A DNA stretch of 11,834 nt. It comes from an uncultured bacterium (GTDB taxonomy: Bacteria > Abyssobacteria > SURF-5). Shown here one piece after another: positions 6,158 to 11,834 of the stretch. Made by a program: the position numbers and the translations under genes. The stretch lies in assembly GCA_964510165.1 (NCBI GenBank), contig CAZEBC010000001.1:17373-29206 (forward strand). Reading direction: 5' to 3'. Position 1 is the first letter of the stretch. Each line of letters opens with the position of its first letter. The notes beneath the pieces were generated by a model. The model saw nothing but the letters and a program-made list of their open reading frames with translations. It was not told the DNA's origin and ran no database searches.

Positions 6158-8248
6158 GTGGGTTACAAGATAGGGATTGATGTAGGCGGCACGTTTACCG
6201 ACCTGGTGTATACCGACGGGAACGAGAGCATACAGGTGGTCAAGACGCTCAGCACGCCCGACAATCAGGCCGAGGGCGTGCTCAAGGGAATAGAGAAGAT
6301 AGCGTTGCGCGAGGGTTTGACGCTCGGCGAGCTGCTCAGAAAGACCGACCTGATAATTCACGGGACCACGGTTGCGACCAACACGATTCTTGAGTTCAAG
6401 GGAGCGCGCACGGGCCTGATCGCGACGAGGGGGTTTCGGGACGACATCGAGATACGGCGGGGCTACAAGGAGCGCATCTTCAACCCGAGATATCCGCAGC
6501 CTGTGCCGATAGCGCGCAGGCGGAATCGGCTGACCGTGAACGAGCGGGTGGACCGCGACGGCAACGTGCTCATTCCTCTGAACGAGGACGAAGCCGCCGA
6601 GGCCGTTCGAACGCTGAAGGAAGCAGGCATCCAGTCTATCGCGGTATGTCTGTTCTTCGGGTTCCTTAACACAGCGCACGAGCGCAAGATAGGCGAGATC
6701 ATCCGGCGCGAGCATCCGGAGGCGTTTGTCTCGCTGTCGCACGAGGTGCTGCCGCAGATACGCGAATTCGAGCGCGTGAGCACGACGCTGGTCAACGCAT
6801 ACACCGGCCCCGCGATGAAGCGCTACCTAGAGCGCCTGCAAAGGGAGTTGAGGGAGTCGGGTTTTGACAGCGAATTTTTCGTGATGCTTTCGAACGGAGG
6901 CATCATGAGCGCGGGCTACGCCTCGGACTATGCGGTTTACAGCCTGTTGTCGGGACCGGCGGGCGGAGTGGTGGCCTGCTCGCAGTTGGTCGGCGAACTG
7001 TGCAATGAGCGGAACCTGATAACGGTTGATATGGGCGGCACGAGCTACGATGTGTCGCTCATCCGCGACAGCAAGCCTTCAATCACCACGGATTACTGGA
7101 TCAGCCGGTATCGGGTGGCGTGCCCGATGCTTGACATTCATACCATCGGAGCGGGCGGGGGCAGCATTGCGTGGGTTGACCCGGGCGGGGCGTTGCAGGT
7201 AGGCCCGCAGAGCGCGGGAGCTGAGCCGGGTCCGGCGTGTTACGGAAAGGGCGGGACCGAGGCGACCGTGACCGACGCGAACCTCGTGCTGGGATATCTT
7301 GACGGCGACCATTTCCTCGGCGGCGAGATGAAGCTCGACCGCAAGGCAGCGGAAAACGCGATACAGAGGGTTGCCAACCGGCTTGGCCTTGATACCGTTC
7401 GGACCGCGGCCGGCATTTTCCGACTGGTCAACAATAACATGACAAACGGCATACGCGTGGTCTCGGTGCAGCGGGGATATGATCCGCGCGATTTCACGCT
7501 CGTCGCGTTCGGCGGCAACGGAGCGCTTCACGCGGGCGTTCAGGCGCGCGAACTTGGCATACGGAAGGTGATCGTCCCCAGGATAGCGACGGCGTTCTCG
7601 GCTCGCGGGCTGCTCAGTTCGAATATCGTCATCAGCAAGATGCGAACGTATGTTGCGCGTTCGGATGATTACGATCTCGGCGCGATCAACGCGATGTTCC
7701 AGTCGATGCGTCAGGATACCGAGCGAGACCTGCCGCTTGCGCAGAGAAAGCGTTCCGGTTTCATGGAAGAAACGCTTGAGAATCGGTATATTGACATGCA
7801 CTACAAGGGCGAGACCCATGAGATAACTGTCCCGTTGACGGCTGAGGACGGGATTGTCGGAGATGACGACCTCAAACGGGCCGTGCACGCTTTCCATGCG
7901 GCGCATGAGAAGCTGCACACTTTTTCAAATCCGGATGATCCCGCACATATCATGAACTTGAGGCTGGAGACGGTGGTGCAGACTCGCAAGCCTTCGATCC
8001 GGAGGCTCGAACGTGACGGTGAGGACCCATCCAGCGCGATTCGGTGCAGCCGCGATGTCTTTTTCGAGGAAAGAGGCGGTTTCGTGACCGTCCCCATTTA
8101 CGACGGCTCTCTTGTGCGTTGCGGCAATGTGATGCAAGGCCCGTGCGTGATCGAGGAGCCCGCAACGACGATTGTTGCGTATCCCGGGCAGACGGCGCGG
8201 CTCACGGAATCGGATAATTATGAGATAACGATTGGTGCGAATGCATAA
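6158..8248 (+). CDS. Hydantoinase/oxoprolinase family subunit A (HyuA-like, ATP-binding; homologous to acetone carboxylase beta subunit)
   Basis: GTG start with AGGAG RBS (6147-6151). Motifs IGIDVGGTFTD, HGTTVATN, EFERVSTT, LLSGPAGG, DMGGTSYD, IGAGGGS, GPQSAGAEPGPACYG, TVTDAN and AFGGNG. Confidence 0.95.
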   Translation: MGYKIGIDVGGTFTDLVYTDGNESIQVVKTLSTPDNQAEGVLKGIEKIALREGLTLGELLRKTDLIIHGTTVATNTILEFKGARTGLIATRGFRDDIEIRRGYKERIFNPRYPQPVPIARRRNRLTVNERVDRDGNVLIPLNEDEAAEAVRTLKEAGIQSIAVCLFFGFLNTAHERKIGEIIRREHPEAFVSLSHEVLPQIREFERVSTTLVNAYTGPAMKRYLERLQRELRESGFDSEFFVMLSNGGIMSAGYASDYAVYSLLSGPAGGVVACSQLVGELCNERNLITVDMGGTSYDVSLIRDSKPSITTDYWISRYRVACPMLDIHTIGAGGGSIAWVDPGGALQVGPQSAGAEPGPACYGKGGTEATVTDANLVLGYLDGDHFLGGEMKLDRKAAENAIQRVANRLGLDTVRTAAGIFRLVNNNMTNGIRVVSVQRGYDPRDFTLVAFGGNGALHAGVQARELGIRKVIVPRIATAFSARGLLSSNIVISKMRTYVARSDDYDLGAINAMFQSMRQDTERDLPLAQRKRSGFMEETLENRYIDMHYKGETHEITVPLTAEDGIVGDDDLKRAVHAFHAAHEKLHTFSNPDDPAHIMNLRLETVVQTRKPSIRRLERDGEDPSSAIRCSRDVFFEERGGFVTVPIYDGSLVRCGNVMQGPCVIEEPATTIVAYPGQTARLTESDNYEITIGANA

Positions 8249-8267
8249 TGGGGTCGCCCGGGCGCTC

Positions 8268-8293
8268 GGGCGGCCACGCGGGACCGCCCCTAC
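8268..8293 (-). repeat. GTAG-type REP palindrome between the hydantoinase A and B genes
   Basis: Minus strand GTAG-GGGCGGTC-CCGCGT-GGCCGCCC; same family and orientation as the copies at 2516-2610. Confidence 0.78.
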
Positions 8294-8318
8294 GACCGAA
8301 AACCGAATGGAGCACGTC

Positions 8319-10487
8319 ATGAAGGAAGTTGATCCGATCAGCGTCGAAGTGATTCGAGGCGCACTGGTGACCATCGCGAACGAAATGGGAAACACGATGA
8401 TACGGACCGCGAGGACACCCACGTTCAGCGAATCGCACGACTTTTCGACCGCGATATTTGACGGAGGCGGCAGAATCATCGCGCTTGCCGACGCGCTGCC
8501 TATCCACATGGGCGCCTCGAAGTTCTCGGTAATGGCGGCGCTGAAGGAATTCGGCGAGGACCTGCACACGGGCGACATCATCATCGTGAACGACCCGTAC
8601 TATGGAGGGTCGCATCTGCCGGACTGGACGATGATGACCCCGATCTTCTTTGACGGCAGGCTCATGTTTTTTCCCGTCACCCGGGCCCACCAGGGCGACA
8701 CCGGCGGGGCAGTGCCGGGCGGCTATAATCCGGGCGCAACGGACATATGGCAGGAGGGCCTTCGCTTGCCGCCCATCAAGATATATGATCGGGGCAAACC
8801 ACGGAACGACATCATCAGGATGCTCCAGATAAACAACCGGGAGCCGACATTTCTTGGAGACCTGCAGGCGATGCTCGGCTCGGTGCGCGTAGCGGAGCGG
8901 CGTCTGTTGGAAGTCCTGAAGAAGTATGGGGCCGACACGGTCAAGGATTGCATGGACTATGCTATTGACTACACGGAGCGCAGGTTCAGGGCCGAAATCC
9001 AGACGTGGCCGGACGGCGTCTACAAGGGCGAGGCGTATCTCGAGCATGATTGCCAGGGAGTTGAGGACATCACGATACGCGCCACTGTCACGGTTGCGGG
9101 CGATTCGCTGAAGATTGATTTTACGGGCAGCGACCCGCAGACGCCGGGCTTCATCAACAGTTCGGTGCCGAATTCGTATTCTTACATTTTTCTGACGCTT
9201 TCAAGCATGATTGACGACTCGATTCCCCGGAACGAGGGAATGTTCAATCCGGTCGAGATAATCCTGCCGGAAGGCAGCGTGGTGAACCCGCGCGAGCCGG
9301 CCCCCTGCACGGCCTGCACGCTGCATGCGGGCGGCGAGGTGGGCGAGGCGCTCGCGTTCGCGCTCGAGAGGGCGATACCGGAGAAGGCTTTCGTGCAGAA
9401 CATCAAGCTGGGGATGCCGCTCGTCACGTATGGCACGAATCCTCACACGGGGGAGTTCTACGTGGACCAGAACGTGACGATGGCCGCCGGCTGGTGCAAT
9501 GCGGCGCATCGAACGGACGGCTGGGGCGCGATGGCGCCTTTCTTCGGAGCGATGACAATGGCCACAGGCGAACTGCACGACATGCACTTTCCCGTTCTGA
9601 CAATGGGCCGCGAATACGCCGCCGATTCCGGCGGTGCGGGGAAATGGCGCGGCGGCTGCGGGACCTCGATAAAGATGAAGGCACTCGCGCCCATGTTCAT
9701 GCATACTTATCTGATTGGCACGAAGTACCCGATGCGCGGGTTCAACGGAGGGATGGCAGGGTCGAAGAACAGGATCGTGCTCAGGGAAGACACGCCGGCG
9801 GAGCGCGAGGTCCGCACCACGGCGTTCGAGGAGCCTCTGTCGGCCGGGCACCTGATACGCGCCGAGCTTGGCGGAGGCGGCGGATGGGGCGACCCCCTGG
9901 AGCGAGACGCATCGGCTGTGCTGGAGGATGTTCTGGATGGATATGTGTCGCTTGAGGGCGCCCGCAGGGATTATGGCGTTGTGATCGACTCCTCGCGGAT
10001 GACGGTGGACGAAGAAGCGACGCATGCGCTCAGAAAACAGATGGCGCGCGAGCGGAAAGCGTCTTCGGGGAAGGCGGCCCAAGCCGTCAGATATCTCTCG
10101 CCCGAATGGCAACGCCTGTGCGAGGAGGCGGTAAATCGAGATGAGGCGTTTGCGAAGCTTGCGGGCGGATTATCCATGGAACTCAACAACGTGATCGAAC
10201 AATGTCCGGACGGTCAGACGCGGTTCCTGTTGTGGAGGTTCGAGAAGGGCAGGCTCCGTGAGACGAGCGTGGGCCTGATCGAGGAAATGGGCGACAGGAA
10301 GCCTTCATTTACGACCAGCGCTTCGTACGACACGTTCATGAAGATCAACACGGCGAAGACAAGCATCGAGGCGGCGGTGATGAACGGACTGCTTCGCTTC
10401 GAGGGCGACCTGACCGAGATGATGCAATACGCCGAAGCGCTCAACCGGTTCACTGAAGTGCGGCGCACGATCCCGACGGAGTATTGA
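8319..10487 (+). CDS. Hydantoinase B/oxoprolinase family subunit (HyuB-like) fused to a C-terminal SCP2-like sterol/lipid-binding domain
   Basis: Probable start is the ATG at 8319 (GGAG at 8309-8312; MKEVDPISVEVI), not 8232, which would read through the REP. Motifs ESHDFS, IHMG, NDPYYGGSHLPD, AHQGDTGG, QEGLRLPP, DSGGAGKWRGG, GGGGGWGDPLERD and ARRDYGVV. Extra domain from about 10086: YLSPEW...NRDEAF...ASYDTFMKI...AVMNGLLRFEGDLTEMM. Confidence 0.93.
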   Translation: MKEVDPISVEVIRGALVTIANEMGNTMIRTARTPTFSESHDFSTAIFDGGGRIIALADALPIHMGASKFSVMAALKEFGEDLHTGDIIIVNDPYYGGSHLPDWTMMTPIFFDGRLMFFPVTRAHQGDTGGAVPGGYNPGATDIWQEGLRLPPIKIYDRGKPRNDIIRMLQINNREPTFLGDLQAMLGSVRVAERRLLEVLKKYGADTVKDCMDYAIDYTERRFRAEIQTWPDGVYKGEAYLEHDCQGVEDITIRATVTVAGDSLKIDFTGSDPQTPGFINSSVPNSYSYIFLTLSSMIDDSIPRNEGMFNPVEIILPEGSVVNPREPAPCTACTLHAGGEVGEALAFALERAIPEKAFVQNIKLGMPLVTYGTNPHTGEFYVDQNVTMAAGWCNAAHRTDGWGAMAPFFGAMTMATGELHDMHFPVLTMGREYAADSGGAGKWRGGCGTSIKMKALAPMFMHTYLIGTKYPMRGFNGGMAGSKNRIVLREDTPAEREVRTTAFEEPLSAGHLIRAELGGGGGWGDPLERDASAVLEDVLDGYVSLEGARRDYGVVIDSSRMTVDEEATHALRKQMARERKASSGKAAQAVRYLSPEWQRLCEEAVNRDEAFAKLAGGLSMELNNVIEQCPDGQTRFLLWRFEKGRLRETSVGLIEEMGDRKPSFTTSASYDTFMKINTAKTSIEAAVMNGLLRFEGDLTEMMQYAEALNRFTEVRRTIPTEY

Positions 10488-10508
10488 GATCAGCTTCAGG
10501 GCCTGATC
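10488..10508. terminator. Weak hairpin between convergent genes
   Basis: GATCAG(10488-10493)-N9-CTGATC(10503-10508); no U-tract. Confidence 0.2.
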
Positions 10509-10529
10509 CCGACTATCAGCCGTGGCATG

Positions 10530-11834
10530 TCAGATGGGAGTCATGAGCTTCATGAATGGTTTGAAGAGAAGGCTCCGGTAAAACTCATCGGGGAAGCGGA
10601 TGTGGCCACGGGTTCCCGAAAGATGGCGAATGTCCGGTTCAGGATGACCGGTGATCAGGCATGCTGAAAGGTAGCCGTTGTTGTGGCCGGGCATCATGCC
10701 GAGTCCGTTGTAAGCGACGCTGACGTAAATGTTTTCGGCGATGACCGGTCCCGCTATCTCGCGAGGCTTGAGTGTGTGGCCGGTCACGCCATGCCAGCCG
10801 CGCTCCAAGCCGATGTCGGCGACCCAGGGGTAGCGCTGCTCGAGCATTTTCTGGGCGAGCGCGCGGGCATCCTCCATGTTTGACCAGACACATGAATTGA
10901 AACTCGCGTAGCCTAGCACGATACGGATTGCGAAATGCCCGCTGGGTGTGACGAAGTTGGTCACGGGCAGGACGGACCGCTCGAAGCGCATCGGCCACCG
11001 GTCGAGACCGTACTTCTTCATCTCGTCATCGGTCAGCTTGCGAGTTGTGAGAGTGAACTGATGCACGGGCATCATGACAGTGGTGAGGAACCCGAGGCGC
11101 GGCGTGTACGCGTTCGTCGCGATGAAGACCTTCTTTGCCCGGAGCTTGCCCTTCGGAGTGATGAGGACGGCTGGAATCCCCTTTTTCACTTCCAGGACCG
11201 GTGAATGTTCATACAATTCCGCTCCGACGCTGCGGGCGGCTTTCACGTGACCCGCGACCAGCTTGGCCGGATGGGCCGAAAAATACTCCGGCAAGTCCAT
11301 CGCGCCTGCATAGTAATCGGTATGAATGCTTTCGCTGATCTCCTCGGCAGGAACCCATTTCGCGCCGAGCGGAAGCGAGGCCTTGACCTTCTGAGCGGAC
11401 CCCTTTGACGCGAAGATTTGGATAGTCGGACACGGCCTGAAATCGCACTCGATCGCTTCGGTCTCGATGAAGCGGGTCAGCCGATCGAGGCCGCGCTTGG
11501 ACATGTCCTTATCAGGGACTCCGTGGTAGTTCGCATACACCGCGCCCGAATTGCGGGAGCTTGCGCCCGAGCCGAGTCGTAGCGATTCCAGCACGACGAC
11601 CGACCACTCAGGCTTCAACTTCCTCGCGTAGTAGGCGCATGAAAGCCCTGTATAGCCCGCGCCAACAATCGCGAGGTCCACTTCGCGCTCGCCTTCGAAC
11701 GTGGGGAATAAGGGTATGGGAGGGGATTCGAGGGTCCACAGGCTTTCCTCGCGCGACTCGCCCGTTTCTACGCCTTTCTCTCCCGCCAGCAATCCGCCGA
11801 GACCCGGAGCAAGCAGCGCGCCGGTTCCGGCGCC
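10530..11834 (-). CDS. FAD-dependent oxidoreductase, DAO/PuuB-like (5' end beyond the window)
   Basis: Rossmann motif DLAIVGAGYTGLS, then GSGASSRNSG, HPAKL, ATNAYT and YNGLGM. The frame stays open upstream of 11792 to the edge (GAGTGALLAPGLGGLLAG). Confidence 0.9.
   Translation of the reverse strand, partial: GAGTGALLAPGLGGLLAGEKGVETGESREESLWTLESPPIPLFPTFEGEREVDLAIVGAGYTGLSCAYYARKLKPEWSVVVLESLRLGSGASSRNSGAVYANYHGVPDKDMSKRGLDRLTRFIETEAIECDFRPCPTIQIFASKGSAQKVKASLPLGAKWVPAEEISESIHTDYYAGAMDLPEYFSAHPAKLVAGHVKAARSVGAELYEHSPVLEVKKGIPAVLITPKGKLRAKKVFIATNAYTPRLGFLTTVMMPVHQFTLTTRKLTDDEMKKYGLDRWPMRFERSVLPVTNFVTPSGHFAIRIVLGYASFNSCVWSNMEDARALAQKMLEQRYPWVADIGLERGWHGVTGHTLKPREIAGPVIAENIYVSVAYNGLGMMPGHNNGYLSACLITGHPEPDIRHLSGTRGHIRFPDEFYRSLLFKPFMKLMTPI

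Noticed and set aside
6142-6180. Selenocysteine read-through of the micro-ORF TGA
   Set aside because: The TGA is not at a Cys-motif position, the extension (VGEQRGLQDRD*) is uninformative, and no SECIS-like hairpin is evident.
8232-8318. N-terminal extension of the hydantoinase B ORF as given in the track
   Set aside because: Overlaps the A gene and translates a REP element; the ATG at 8319 has an RBS and matches the family N-terminus (DPI..EV).
4560-10112. Long minus-strand ORFs (4560..5312, 5051..6052, 7079..7918, 8202..9047, 9201..10112)
   Set aside because: Antisense shadows of well-supported plus-strand genes, with no motifs.

Overview
GC-rich bacterial window holding a divergently transcribed, probably catabolic cluster. 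Left arm (minus strand): a methylmalonyl-CoA-mutase-family large subunit with no B12-binding domain and a remodelled substrate channel (2637-4385), a radical SAM protein with an internal PDZ domain and a DUF512-like C-terminus (619-2466), and a GNAT acetyltransferase missing from the ORF track (<1-457). Right arm (plus strand): a tandem-HTH MerR-family regulator with a TPR-like tail (4707-6065), a possible 23-aa CxxC micro-ORF, and a hydantoinase/oxoprolinase A+B pair whose B subunit is fused to an SCP2-like lipid-binding domain (6158-10487). A convergent DAO/PuuB-like FAD oxidoreductase enters from the right edge. The central intergenic region has two back-to-back sigma70-type promoters, a perfect 11-bp palindrome, a G-rich hexamer repeat and a structured leader. 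GTAG-type REP palindromes and a second palindromic repeat family lie between genes. The best candidate for a new system is an ATP-dependent ring-opening or carboxylating enzyme combined with an atypical B12 mutase and a putative cobalamin-binding radical SAM enzyme, acting on an unknown and possibly lipophilic substrate. All family calls come from recognising motifs by eye; no searches were run.
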